From Acidobacteriota bacterium (GTDB taxonomy: Bacteria > Acidobacteriota > UBA6911), in assembly GCA_963664705.1 (NCBI GenBank), contig OY761556.1, forward strand, positions 1,312,001 to 1,376,000: DNA of 64,000 nt. Direction: 5' to 3'. The notes under the pieces are model-generated. The model was not told where the DNA came from and made no database searches. It was given only the letters and a program-made list of their open reading frames with translations. The position numbers were made by a program, and so were the translations under genes. Positions 1 through 9,630 of the stretch are shown one piece after another (the stretch's first letter is position 1; every line of letters begins with the position of its first letter).

Positions 1-81
1 CGGTTGATGCTGGCCGCCCGAATCAGTACCGCTACAAGGATGACCCCAATCCCCAGCGCCATGCGCAACGCGAAGTCCGTC
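1..81 (-). CDS. 5' fragment of a hypothetical membrane/exported protein running off the window
   Basis: Minus strand reads VTDFALRMALGIGVILVAVLIRAASIN after an AAGGGAGGA RBS (~91-99); too short to assign. Confidence 0.4.
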
Positions 82-257
82 ACAATATGTGTCCTCCCTT
101 AGTCGTGATCCAGTGGCATCTTACAATGGAATGAAAACCGGCCGGAAAGGAATTCCCATTTTCCCGGTATGGGAAATCAAAGATGAACAATTTAGTAAAA
201 TACAGCATCTAAGTTATTATTGTCATAAAGCTCTGACCGGAATGAGGAACTTCAATC

Positions 258-1169
258 ATGAAACGCAGTCGGACACCCGCCTGTCTGGTCGCGGTATCTC
301 TCTTCTGTGTGCTTCCGTTGCTCCACGGCCAGGACCGCCGGCCGATTCCGTCCTTTCGCGCTGATGTGGTGAATGTGTTTGTGAAGGTCGCGGTCACCGA
401 TCCGTTGAACCGCTATGTCACCGGCCTCGAAAAGGAGCATTTCAGGATTTACGAGGACCGTGTTCTGCAGACCATCACCCACTTTAGCCAGGAATCGGCT
501 CCCATCAGTGTCGGCCTGATTTTCGACGTCAGCAGCAGCATGGGATATCGCAAGAATTTCCGGCTGGCTAAAAAGGATTTTCTCCCTTTCCTGGAATCGC
601 GCAATCCGGATGACGAGTATTTTCTGGTGGCCTTCAACCGGACCGTCCGCCTGATTGAGGCATTTACCGAAGACAGCGCCGAAGTCCAGAACGGCATCGC
701 AGTGCAGAAAAGCGGCGGCACTACCGCCTTATACGATGCCGTGTATATGGCACTGGACCAGATCAAGAGAGGGAAGAACGAAAAGAAAGCGCTGATCCTC
801 ATAACCGACGGCGAAGACAACAGCAGCCGATACAGCGTCAACGAGGTCCGGGAATTCAGCAAAGAGTCCGGCGTCCAGATCTACGCGATCGGGCTGACCG
901 GGCCGGAAGGGTACGGCAGTGGTCTGCTGCGGCAGCTGGTCGGAGTGACCGGAGGACGCGTGTTTTTCCCGAGTGGTTTGAACGATCTGGACTATTACAT
1001 CGATCTGATTCACACGGAATTGCGCAATCAATACCTGCTGGGCTATGTGCCCAACAATCCCGCGCGCGATGGCAAATGGAGGGAGATTACCATCAAGCTG
1101 GACGCGCCCCGCGGATTTCCCAAGCTGTCGATTCGTGCAAAAAAAGGATACTACGCGCCTCCAAACTAA
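258..1169 (+). CDS. VWA domain protein (acidobacterial VWFA-related family)
   Basis: Signal peptide; DVSSSM MIDAS motif, TALYDAV, LITDGEDN, C-terminal RxxKGYYAP. Confidence 0.9.
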   Translation: MKRSRTPACLVAVSLFCVLPLLHGQDRRPIPSFRADVVNVFVKVAVTDPLNRYVTGLEKEHFRIYEDRVLQTITHFSQESAPISVGLIFDVSSSMGYRKNFRLAKKDFLPFLESRNPDDEYFLVAFNRTVRLIEAFTEDSAEVQNGIAVQKSGGTTALYDAVYMALDQIKRGKNEKKALILITDGEDNSSRYSVNEVREFSKESGVQIYAIGLTGPEGYGSGLLRQLVGVTGGRVFFPSGLNDLDYYIDLIHTELRNQYLLGYVPNNPARDGKWREITIKLDAPRGFPKLSIRAKKGYYAPPN

Positions 1170-1228
1170 ACGTCCCACATCCAACATCCAACGTCCAACG
1201 TCCAACGTTTCAACGTTTCAACGTTCCA
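1170..1228. repeat. Degenerate heptamer array (CCAACGT on +)
   Basis: tccaacg/tccaaca/ttcaacg units fill the gap between convergent stop codons. Confidence 0.9.
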
Positions 1229-1565
1229 CAACCTCTCCATTGGCACGGATCAGATAGGTGTGCTTGTTGGGAGCCAGCACGGTGGCTTCAATCATCTTAT
1301 TGTTGGCAAACTTTACCGTGAGCACCGAATCTCTTCCCCCCTGCCAGCGGTATTGAACCGTCGGCGGGTTTCCTTTGGGATCTTCGCCGGTTTTGGCACC
1401 GGGTGCGCCGGCAAGTTTGACCACCTGTTCGTAGGTCATTGACGGCTTGATTGTTGGAATGAACCTTCGATTAAAAACCGTTTCGGTAACCCCCGGCTGT
1501 CCTGCGAAGCAGACCAGCGTCGCCATACAAAGCAGTAATCCCATCCACAGCTTGCATCTATCCAT
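1218..1565 (-). CDS. Small exported hypothetical protein (BLIP/SmpA-like pattern)
   Basis: Start MDRCK chosen because the longer ORF start lies in the repeat array; signal peptide; IKPSMTYEQVVKLAG motif. Confidence 0.7.
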   Translation of the reverse strand: MDRCKLWMGLLLCMATLVCFAGQPGVTETVFNRRFIPTIKPSMTYEQVVKLAGAPGAKTGEDPKGNPPTVQYRWQGGRDSVLTVKFANNKMIEATVLAPNKHTYLIRANGEVVER

Positions 1566-1580
1566 CACGCCGCCCCCTGC

Positions 1581-1891
1581 CACGTCCCCCATCCCCCACG
1601 TCCAACGTCTCAACGTCCCAACGTTCCACGTCCCACGTCCCAACGTCCAACGTCCCAACGTCCCAACGTCCCAACGTCCAACATCCCACGTCTAACGTCC
1701 CAACGTCCAACGTTCATCGTCCCAACGTCCAACGTCCCAACGTCCAACGTCCAACGTCTCAACGTCCCACGTCCCAACGTCCAACGTTCCAACGTCCAAC
1801 GTCCAACGTTCCAACGTCCCAACGTCCAACGTTCACCGTCCCAACGTCCAACGTCCAACGTCCAACGTTCACCGTCCAACGTTCACCGTCC
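1581..1891. repeat. Degenerate 7/8-mer array (CCAACGT/CCCAACGT on +), ~300 bp
   Basis: Directly visible tandem units with local variants (gttcaccgtcc). Confidence 0.95.
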
Positions 1892-3661
1892 CCCACGCTC
1901 TCTCCTCAACAGCCAGACATCTGCTTCCGTGGTAGTCTGGCTGAAGTAAATCAGCCGGTCATCCGCGGAGACCGCGAAACCTCTTTTTGCAACCGACTGC
2001 GGAGCCACCGAAAGGACCGGATGCGTTCTTCCCGTGCGGCTGTCCAGAAGGTCGATCCCGCCATCGTGCGAAAACAGCAATCGCCGATCGTCGCTGAGCC
2101 AAACCGGATCCATTCCGTAGCGGGTGAGGCGTTCGAATTTATTCGAAGCCACGTGGTAAATTCCTATCCCCGCTTCCGATCCATCCGGGTTGATCAGCTG
2201 ACCCGCGATCATACTGCCTGTTTTTGACCAGGACCACGCCTGAAAATAGCCGCCAAACTGATCCAGGTGAATATCGAGCGGCACCTCCACCTTTTTCCTG
2301 AAATCCATCAGGAACGAACGGATGCCATAGATGGATCCGGCAATGCCCTTGCCGTCGGGAGACCAGAAGGGGGAGACCACCATGTGTTCGGGATAGTTCG
2401 TGATCCGCCGCAGCCCGGTCCCTTCGAAGTCAATGGTCCAGGCTTCATATTTGCCGCTGCGATTGGAAAAGAACGCCAGTTTTTTCCCGTCCGGCGACCA
2501 GCGCGGACCGCGATCCTGGTAAACATCGTTGGTCAGTTCCCGCAGCCCGATTCCGTCTGTTCCCACAACAAAGAGGTCTTCCTGTTTAGCCCAGGTGTTG
2601 AAGGCCAGCCACTTTCCATCGGGAGAAAGGGAGGGACGCGTGGCCTGCCTGGATCCGTGGGTGATCGCCAGCGGTTCGCCCCGGGCCAGTTCAGAGACGC
2701 TGTCGAACGGCACTTTATACAGGTTTGCGGTAAACGAGTACTGAACATAGGCGAGCCTGCCGCCGTTGGGGGCCACACTGATGTGCGAGCTGTCCGCGGA
2801 GGGGGTGGAGACCAGTTCCGGCTGCCCGAGCACTTTCCCTGTTTCCTCATCCATCGGAACGCAATACAGATTCATGTTGCCGGACCGGTCGCTGGAGAAG
2901 TAGAGCGCGTCTCCGGTGGCCGACCAGACCGGATTCCAGTTGATTGATCCCGTTGTCACCCGCACTGGCTGCGGGCTGGCTCCTTCCGGAATCTGCGCGG
3001 GGATCGTCCAGACATTCCGGCCGCCGCCGGTATCAATCGCCCAGAACGCAATGCGCTTGCCATGCGGCGACCACTGCGGCTGCACTGCATCCCCTTTATA
3101 GAGAAGCCGTCGTTCGCCCCGGGGATAATCGGCAATCCAGAGGCCGCTGCCGGTGGCCGCGCGGTCTTCGGGGCGTGTAATGCTCTCGCCGGCCAGCAGG
3201 ATTTTTCGCCCATCCGGCGACCATGCGGGATTGTAGCCAAAGTCCGTAACCTGCTGCACCGCATTGGTGGTTGCGTGCATGACAAAAATGCCGCCACCAT
3301 TCCGTTCGGAGCGGAATGCAATCAGCTTTCCATCGGGGGAAAATGCGGGCTGCGTGTCGTCGTCGGGGCAGTCTCGCGTGAGGTTCATTGGGATCCGGCC
3401 CCCGACTTTGGCCAGCATGATATCCCAGTTGCCCTCGGTGCGTGCGCTGTAGACGAATGTATTCTCCGCCGGGGAAAGGCTGGGGAAATACTCCGGTCCC
3501 GGCTGGCTCGTGAGCTGCAGAAAGGAAACAGTTTCATCCGCCCCGTTGCCGAAAAGGGTGCCTTTCAAATACGCGTGGATGATGAATGCCAGCGCAATGA
3601 CCACGCAGAGGCCCGCGATAATCTTGATAAGCTTCCCTGGAATGGATCCTGCGGACGACAT
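1883..3661 (-). CDS. Membrane-anchored TolB-like / PD40 beta-propeller protein
   Basis: N-terminal TM; repeated PxWSPDG / PAFSPDG motifs. Confidence 0.85.
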   Translation of the reverse strand: MSSAGSIPGKLIKIIAGLCVVIALAFIIHAYLKGTLFGNGADETVSFLQLTSQPGPEYFPSLSPAENTFVYSARTEGNWDIMLAKVGGRIPMNLTRDCPDDDTQPAFSPDGKLIAFRSERNGGGIFVMHATTNAVQQVTDFGYNPAWSPDGRKILLAGESITRPEDRAATGSGLWIADYPRGERRLLYKGDAVQPQWSPHGKRIAFWAIDTGGGRNVWTIPAQIPEGASPQPVRVTTGSINWNPVWSATGDALYFSSDRSGNMNLYCVPMDEETGKVLGQPELVSTPSADSSHISVAPNGGRLAYVQYSFTANLYKVPFDSVSELARGEPLAITHGSRQATRPSLSPDGKWLAFNTWAKQEDLFVVGTDGIGLRELTNDVYQDRGPRWSPDGKKLAFFSNRSGKYEAWTIDFEGTGLRRITNYPEHMVVSPFWSPDGKGIAGSIYGIRSFLMDFRKKVEVPLDIHLDQFGGYFQAWSWSKTGSMIAGQLINPDGSEAGIGIYHVASNKFERLTRYGMDPVWLSDDRRLLFSHDGGIDLLDSRTGRTHPVLSVAPQSVAKRGFAVSADDRLIYFSQTTTEADVWLLRRERGGR

Positions 3662-3731
3662 GCACGAGCCTCAAAACACGAGAATGCGGCCACGAAATCG
3701 GCATCTGGATGGAATGCAATTCGTGACGAAT

Positions 3732-5126
3732 TTAGCGGCTGACCACCAGGTCGTGAATCGCTTCCACAGCCTTCCGCGCATCAGCCTGTTCGACCAGCAA
3801 AGAGATGTTCAGCTCCGAGGATCCCTGGGCAATGGCAACGATGTTCACCCCGGCCTGCGCGACCGCGGAAAACGTTCTTCCCGCGATTCCTCGCAGTCCT
3901 TTCATCCCTTCCCCCACAACCGCCACGATCGACATCGGTTCCTGCAGCTTGATATCATCGATCGTCTTCCGGGCGATGTCCATTTCGAATTCCGCGCGCA
4001 GCTCTCTGACGGCCCGGGCGCAATCCTTTTGCGGAATGACCACGCAGATATTGTGCTCCGAGGATGCCTGCGAGATCATCATGACGTTGACCTGCACGCG
4101 GGCGAGTGTGTCGAAAATTCTCGCCGATACACCAGGCACGCCCACCATCCCGTTTCCTTCCACTGCGACAAGTCCCAGGTTGTCGATGGAAGTGACGTTC
4201 TTGACGACGCGCTCCACCGAATTGGAGACAGCGGCGATCAGCGTGCCGGGATGCGAAGGATTGAAAGTGTTCTTGATCCGGATCGGAATCTCATTTTCTA
4301 TCGCGGGGAGCATGGTTTTGGGATGAATCACCTTCGCCCCGAAATAGGACATCTCCGCCGCTTCCCGATAGGATATTTGCGGCAGCACCACCGCTCCCTT
4401 TACATAACGGGGGTCGGCCGTCATCACGCCATCCACATCCGTCCAGATCCAGATTTCCTCGCTCCCGAGCGCAGCTCCCACGATGGAACCGGTATAGTCC
4501 GATCCGCTTCGGCCGAGCGTTGTCGTCAGCCCATCCTCGGTGCTACCGATGAACCCGGTCACGACCGGTACGATTTTCTTCAGCAGCAGCGGCAGAATCC
4601 GCTCCCGGATCCTGTCGTTTGTCACCGAAAAATCAACCCCTGCCTCCCCAAACCTGGAATCGGTGCGCACCAGTTGCCTGGAATCGACAAATTCCGCGGC
4701 AATGCCGCTGTCGCTCAGAATGGCCGCGATCTGCATGCAGGACAGGATTTCTCCAAACGAGGCGATGGCATCCAGGGAACGGATGCTTAATTCCCTCAGC
4801 AGGCTGACGCCGTGATATAGATTTGCCAGTTCCTGAAAATTCCTCGAATGGCCTTCGAGCAGATCCCTTTTGCGATCCGGGTTCTGCACCAGGGCTTCAA
4901 CGATAGAAAAGTGCTTTTCCCGAAGCAGCTCGATATTTTTTTCGACGCGGAGAGCGTCCCGCTGCACGGCGAGCTGGGCGGTTTCGAGCAATATGTTGGT
5001 AACCCCGCCCATGGCTGAGGCGACAACCACGGGGTTGTTGGGCAGATTCGACCGCACGATCGAAGCGACTTCGCGGAGGCGCTGGATATCGCCTACAGAG
5101 GTTCCACCGAATTTCATCGTGATCAT
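3732..5126 (-). CDS. lysC: Aspartate kinase with ACT domains
   Basis: KFGGTSV, TTLGRSGSDYT, WTDVDGVMTADP, FGAKVIHP; start MITMKF follows GGAG. Confidence 0.93.
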   Translation of the reverse strand: MITMKFGGTSVGDIQRLREVASIVRSNLPNNPVVVASAMGGVTNILLETAQLAVQRDALRVEKNIELLREKHFSIVEALVQNPDRKRDLLEGHSRNFQELANLYHGVSLLRELSIRSLDAIASFGEILSCMQIAAILSDSGIAAEFVDSRQLVRTDSRFGEAGVDFSVTNDRIRERILPLLLKKIVPVVTGFIGSTEDGLTTTLGRSGSDYTGSIVGAALGSEEIWIWTDVDGVMTADPRYVKGAVVLPQISYREAAEMSYFGAKVIHPKTMLPAIENEIPIRIKNTFNPSHPGTLIAAVSNSVERVVKNVTSIDNLGLVAVEGNGMVGVPGVSARIFDTLARVQVNVMMISQASSEHNICVVIPQKDCARAVRELRAEFEMDIARKTIDDIKLQEPMSIVAVVGEGMKGLRGIAGRTFSAVAQAGVNIVAIAQGSSELNISLLVEQADARKAVEAIHDLVVSR

Positions 5127-5242
5127 ATTTTCAAACTCCAGGGGATTTTCCCTATTATCTGCTAGTATGGACAATTCGGAAAGAAAAACGCCGCGAATTC
5201 AACCATTATACGAACGGCTGGTCGATTCGTTCCATTCATAGC

Positions 5243-7198
5243 ATGGAGGAGGGCCGCGTGAAGATATTCGTTCCCGGGCGCGTCTGTTTGTTTGGTGAGC
5301 ATTCCGACTGGGCCGGAGGGCATCGCAGAATCAACTCCGAGATTGAAAAGGGGTATACGCTGCTTGCGGGTACGGACCAGGGAATCCATGCCAATGTGGA
5401 ATCGCACCCGAATGCGCTCGTGATCCACTCCACAACGCCCAGGGGAGAAAAGCAGGGCCCCTATGAGATTCCCATGCAGCCGAAAGCGCTGCTCGAAGAG
5501 GCACAGAAGGGAGGCTTCTGGAGCTATATCGCCGGCGTTGCCTACCAGGTGCTTACCCATTACCACGTGCGCGGCCTCGTAATCGATAACTACAAAACCG
5601 ACCTTCCCATGAAGAAGGGATTGTCTTCGAGCGCGGCCGTCTGTGTGTTGACGGCGCGGGCCTTCAATCGCATCTATGATCTGAAAATGACCGTGCGCGG
5701 CGAGATGGAACTTGCCTATCAGGGGGAGATCACAACTCCATCGCGCTGCGGCCGCATGGACCAGGGCTGCGCTTTCGGAAATCGGCCCATTCTGATGACC
5801 TACGACAGCGACCGCCTGGACGTCAAGGAACTGCGCGTGCGCGAAAATATGTACCTGGTGCTCGTGGACCTGGGCGGACAGAAAGATACCCTGGAAATTC
5901 TCGCACGGCTCAATCGCGCCTACCCCTTTGCTAAAAATGAGATGGAAGAGAAGATCCAGGAGCTATTCGGGTCGATCAACAAGCGGGTCGTGCACCAGGC
6001 CATGGACGCGCTGGAAAAGTCAGATGCGCAAAAGCTGGGCGAACTGATGGTCGAGGCGCAGGGTTATTTCGATCGCTATGCCCTGCCGGCCTGCCCGGAG
6101 GAGCTCACCGCTCCGCTGCTCCACAAAATTCTGGATTATGCGCCGCTCAAACCGCACATCTGGGGCGGCAAGGGTGTCGGTTCGCAGGGAGACGGGACCG
6201 CGCAACTGCTGGCGCGCAGCGAGTCGGACCAGAAGTCGGTTGTGGAAATCGTGGAGCGCGACCTGCGAATGTCCTGCCTCCCGCTGACGCTGAAAACAGG
6301 ACAGAAGGTGCGGAAAGCCGTCATCCCCGCGGCCGGGTTCGGCACGCGCCTGTTCCCGGCTTCCAAAGCCACAAAAAAGGAACTGTTTCCGATTGTGGAC
6401 CGCGACGGCATTGCCAAGCCGGTCATCCTGTTGCTCGTAGAGGAGGCACTGAACGCCGGCATCGAAGAAGTGATCCTCATTGTCCAGGAGCATGACCTCG
6501 GCGACTTCCGATCTTTCTTCGAAGAACAGGTGACCATCGAGAACTACAACAAACTTCCTAAGCACTTTCAGGACTATTCCCGGCGGCTCCTGGAAATGGG
6601 GCGACGCGTTTCGTTTGTGACCCAGCGGGCTCAGGAGGGATTCGGTCATGCGGTTTATTGCGCGCGGGAGGCCGTCGGCAATGAGCCCTTCCTTCTGATG
6701 CTGGGAGACCACCTGTACCGATCAAACACGGAAATGTCGTGTGCGCAGCAGTTGATCGCTTCCTTTGAAGAACATGGGATGAGCGCCCTCGGGCTGCGTC
6801 GTACCCCCGAGGCGCAGTTGGCCAACTTCGGAACCGCAACCGGCGTATGGCTGGAGAGTGAGCGGCTGCTGAGCATCAGCGAGTTTGCCGAAAAGCCGAC
6901 GGCGGATTATGCGCGCAATAACCTGAGAGTGCCCGGCCTTGGCGAAAACGAATACCTGACCGTTTTCGGCCAGTATATTATCAAGCCCATGCTCTTTGAC
7001 TATCTCGAGGAACACATCAAAAACAATGTGCGCGACCGCGGCGAATTCCAGCTTACGTCCGCGCTGGACCGGCTGCGGAAGGAGGATGGTTTCCTCGGCC
7101 TGATGATCGACGGCCAGCGCTATGATATCGGGCTGCCGGAATATTATCTGGAAACATTGCAGGCTTTCGCCTCGAATTCCGCGAAGCTCACCCCATGA
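5243..7198 (+). CDS. Bifunctional GHMP sugar kinase (GalK-like) / sugar-1-phosphate nucleotidyltransferase (GalU-like)
   Basis: PGRVCLFGEHSD, PMKKGLSSSAA and GRMDQ in the N-half; KAVIPAAGFGTRLFPASKATKKELFP and GEFQLT in the C-half. Confidence 0.85.
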   Translation: MEEGRVKIFVPGRVCLFGEHSDWAGGHRRINSEIEKGYTLLAGTDQGIHANVESHPNALVIHSTTPRGEKQGPYEIPMQPKALLEEAQKGGFWSYIAGVAYQVLTHYHVRGLVIDNYKTDLPMKKGLSSSAAVCVLTARAFNRIYDLKMTVRGEMELAYQGEITTPSRCGRMDQGCAFGNRPILMTYDSDRLDVKELRVRENMYLVLVDLGGQKDTLEILARLNRAYPFAKNEMEEKIQELFGSINKRVVHQAMDALEKSDAQKLGELMVEAQGYFDRYALPACPEELTAPLLHKILDYAPLKPHIWGGKGVGSQGDGTAQLLARSESDQKSVVEIVERDLRMSCLPLTLKTGQKVRKAVIPAAGFGTRLFPASKATKKELFPIVDRDGIAKPVILLLVEEALNAGIEEVILIVQEHDLGDFRSFFEEQVTIENYNKLPKHFQDYSRRLLEMGRRVSFVTQRAQEGFGHAVYCAREAVGNEPFLLMLGDHLYRSNTEMSCAQQLIASFEEHGMSALGLRRTPEAQLANFGTATGVWLESERLLSISEFAEKPTADYARNNLRVPGLGENEYLTVFGQYIIKPMLFDYLEEHIKNNVRDRGEFQLTSALDRLRKEDGFLGLMIDGQRYDIGLPEYYLETLQAFASNSAKLTP

Positions 7199-7968
7199 CA
7201 TTAATCGAACACATCAACAGAAACGCCGATCTTCATCCCGGGAAACCCGCGGTAATTTGCGGCGACCGCAGAATCACCTGGCAACAGTTTCAAGAGCGAT
7301 CGAACCGCGTTGCCAACCGCCTCACACGGCTCCGCGTGGCCAGGGGAGAGCGTGTTGCGATCGTTGCCGGAAACTGCCTGGAATATCCGGAAATCCTGTT
7401 CGGCGCCCTGAAAGCAGGCACCGTCACGGTCCCTGTCCCGATTGACACGACGCCGGAGGGCGTGGCGAAAGAGCTGCTGAAAGCGGATGCGAAGGCTGTC
7501 TTTGTGGCGCACCCGGCTTTGCCGCTGGCTGCCGGCTTCAGAAAATTATGCACCCGCGTCGTGTTCGAGGGGAGGGAAGAGGGCTGGCTTTCCTACGAAG
7601 GATTTCTGCTGGCCGGATCCGATTCGACCCCGACACAGGTTCCTTCGCCGGAGGATCTCTTCAGCCCCGGGACCACCCATGGCGAACGTCTGCGCTTCGC
7701 CGAGGCGTGCCGCCGTGAATGGCAGATCGAGGAAAATTCGGTCAGCCTGATCGGCACTCCGCTATACGCGGAGGCCACGCAGCGCCTATCCTTGCCGACG
7801 ATCCTGGCCGGGGGGACGCTGGTGCTGATGCGCTCGTTCGATCCTGTTGATTTTGTGGAGCTTGTCCGGCGGGAATCGTGCACCCACGCGATCCTGTTTC
7901 CGGAGCAAAAGGACACGAATTCCGACAATTTTGCAAAAAATGAAATTACCTACGTGGAATTCGTGTAA
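7195..7968 (+). CDS. Truncated AMP-binding (acyl-CoA synthetase-like) protein, possibly a pseudogene
   Basis: The N-terminal ANL-family pattern is present, but the P-loop is reduced to DLFSPGTT and the C-terminal half is missing. Confidence 0.6.
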   Translation: MTLIEHINRNADLHPGKPAVICGDRRITWQQFQERSNRVANRLTRLRVARGERVAIVAGNCLEYPEILFGALKAGTVTVPVPIDTTPEGVAKELLKADAKAVFVAHPALPLAAGFRKLCTRVVFEGREEGWLSYEGFLLAGSDSTPTQVPSPEDLFSPGTTHGERLRFAEACRREWQIEENSVSLIGTPLYAEATQRLSLPTILAGGTLVLMRSFDPVDFVELVRRESCTHAILFPEQKDTNSDNFAKNEITYVEFV

Positions 7969-8004
7969 TTCCCGGTAAATTTTGCTATTATTTCGCGGCA
8001 CTGT

Positions 8005-8078
8005 GGTGAGCGTAGCTCAGCTGGTAGAGCTCTGGATTGTGGCTCCAGCGGTCGCGGGTTCGAATCCCGTCGCTCACC
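8005..8078 (+). tRNA. tRNA-His(GTG)
   Basis: G-1 plus GTGAGCG/CGCTCAC acceptor stem, CTGGA-TTGTGGC-TCCAG anticodon arm, TTCGAAT T-loop; CCA not fully encoded; TATTAT -10 at ~7986. Confidence 0.95.
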
Positions 8079-8091
8079 CTTCCTCAAAAAA

Positions 8092-8583
8092 ATTCCAGAT
8101 TCCAGATTTCAGATTCCAGACGGGGTTCCGGCGGCATCAGCGCCATGCAAGCAGCCAAGCCCTTGCCGGCCAGACGCTGCCTCCTGCCTCCTGACTCCTG
8201 CCCAATTGTGGACACCCATGAATTGAGGATAAAAAACAGTGGGTGTTCACAATTGTGATTCCAGATTTCAGATTTCAGATTCCAGACTGGGTTCCGGCGG
8301 CATCAGCGCCATGCAAACAGCCAAGCCCTTGCCGGCCAGACGCTGCCTCCTGTCTCCTGTCCCCCTAACCACTAACCACTAACCTCTAACCAATTGTGGA
8401 CACCCATGAATTGAGGATAAAAATCGGTGGGTGTCCACAATTGTGCCACAATTGTCGATTCCGGATTCCAGACGGGGTCCCGGCGGCATTAGCGCCATGC
8501 AAGCAGCCCAGCTCCTGCCTGCCAGACGCTGCCTCCTGACTCCTGTCTCCTGACTCCTGCCTCCTGTCTCCTGTCCCCCTAAC
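8092..8583. repeat. Three-unit mosaic repeat (BIME-like): heptamer runs, ~64-bp core and REP hairpin
   Basis: Core GGGTTCCGGCGGCATCAGCGCCATGCAA...CAGACGCTGCCTCCTG at ~8123, ~8289, ~8475; ATTCCAG/ATTTCAG, CTCCTGN and CTAACCA runs; AATTGTGGACACCCA...TGGGTGTCCACAATT hairpins. Confidence 0.9.
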
Positions 8584-8641
8584 GACTTATTTGCATCGAA
8601 GCCCATAAACCAATATTATCTTCGCATAAGGGACCGGATTC

Positions 8642-9574
8642 ATGAGACCTATCATTGACGCGCATGTCCATATTGTGCCCCCGCATCTGTTGGGCAAAGC
8701 CGACGAACGCTTTGGCGTACGCGTGGAGCCTCACGGCATCAAACGATTTGCCGACGGCAGCGTTTACCAGTTCATGCCCGATTACATGGCCGACAGCTGC
8801 TTTCCCGTTGAGAGCCTGGTCCGGGCCATGGACAATCTCGGCGTCGAACGAGCCGTGATCCAGCAGTCTCCCTGTTTCAGCTTCAATGACGATGTAATCC
8901 AGGCCATTCAGAAACACCCGGACCGCCTGGCCGGCTCCATGATCATTGAACCCTGGAGCGAAGCGTGTCTCGATGAGATGGATAACGCCTGTCGATGCGG
9001 GCTGCGCATCATGAAATTTGAGATGTCGGGCGGGCTGGGATTTACGCACCCGAACATGTTTCCCGGTCTGAAGTTTGATTCCGCCCTGTTTGAAAAAATA
9101 TGGGCGAAGGCAGAGGCGCTCGGAATCGCCGTTACAATCGATCCGAGCCCCATCGGCAGCGCGGGATATCAGGTGGAGCGGCTGGAGCGCATGATTCTCC
9201 GGTTCCCGGGGCTGCGCTGGATCCTTTGCCATTTGGGTTTTCCTTTTCCCGGGATGCGAAATGACGTGGACAAATACCGTCGCTGGAGACAAATGATGGA
9301 CCTGGTCCGGCACCCAAATGTTTGGGTCGACATATCGGCGCTGCCGGCTCTCTTCAGCGAAGAGGGATATCCGTTCCCATCCGCGATGGATTTCCTACGG
9401 GAAGTCATTGAGGCGTACGGGGCAGACAAGCCGGTATGGGGATCCGACATCCCTGGTACGCTGTGTTTCGGAACCTACGCGCAATTGGCGGATGCTTTTG
9501 AAAAGTGCGCCTTGTTTACCGAAGAGCAAAAACAACGGATGTTTTACGCGAACGCGCTCCATGCCTATTTCTAG
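8642..9574 (+). CDS. Amidohydrolase_2 family protein
   Basis: IIDAHVH, LCHLG, WGSDIP, MFYANA motifs. Confidence 0.88.
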   Translation: MRPIIDAHVHIVPPHLLGKADERFGVRVEPHGIKRFADGSVYQFMPDYMADSCFPVESLVRAMDNLGVERAVIQQSPCFSFNDDVIQAIQKHPDRLAGSMIIEPWSEACLDEMDNACRCGLRIMKFEMSGGLGFTHPNMFPGLKFDSALFEKIWAKAEALGIAVTIDPSPIGSAGYQVERLERMILRFPGLRWILCHLGFPFPGMRNDVDKYRRWRQMMDLVRHPNVWVDISALPALFSEEGYPFPSAMDFLREVIEAYGADKPVWGSDIPGTLCFGTYAQLADAFEKCALFTEEQKQRMFYANALHAYF

Positions 9575-9630
9575 GTCGGCAGTTTGCCTGCGCGCCACAG
9601 ATTAATCCTGTCCATGGAGGATGAAACACA

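Noticed and set aside
1447-1879. ORFs reading WTLDVGRWDVG / PTSNVQR over the arrays (also 50639-51097, 55357-55655, 60665-60943)
   Set aside because: They are translations of stop-poor repeats, open in several frames at once and without an RBS.
8092-8583. Possible CRISPR array
   Set aside because: The intervening sequences are themselves repeated, unit lengths are irregular and there are no cas genes.
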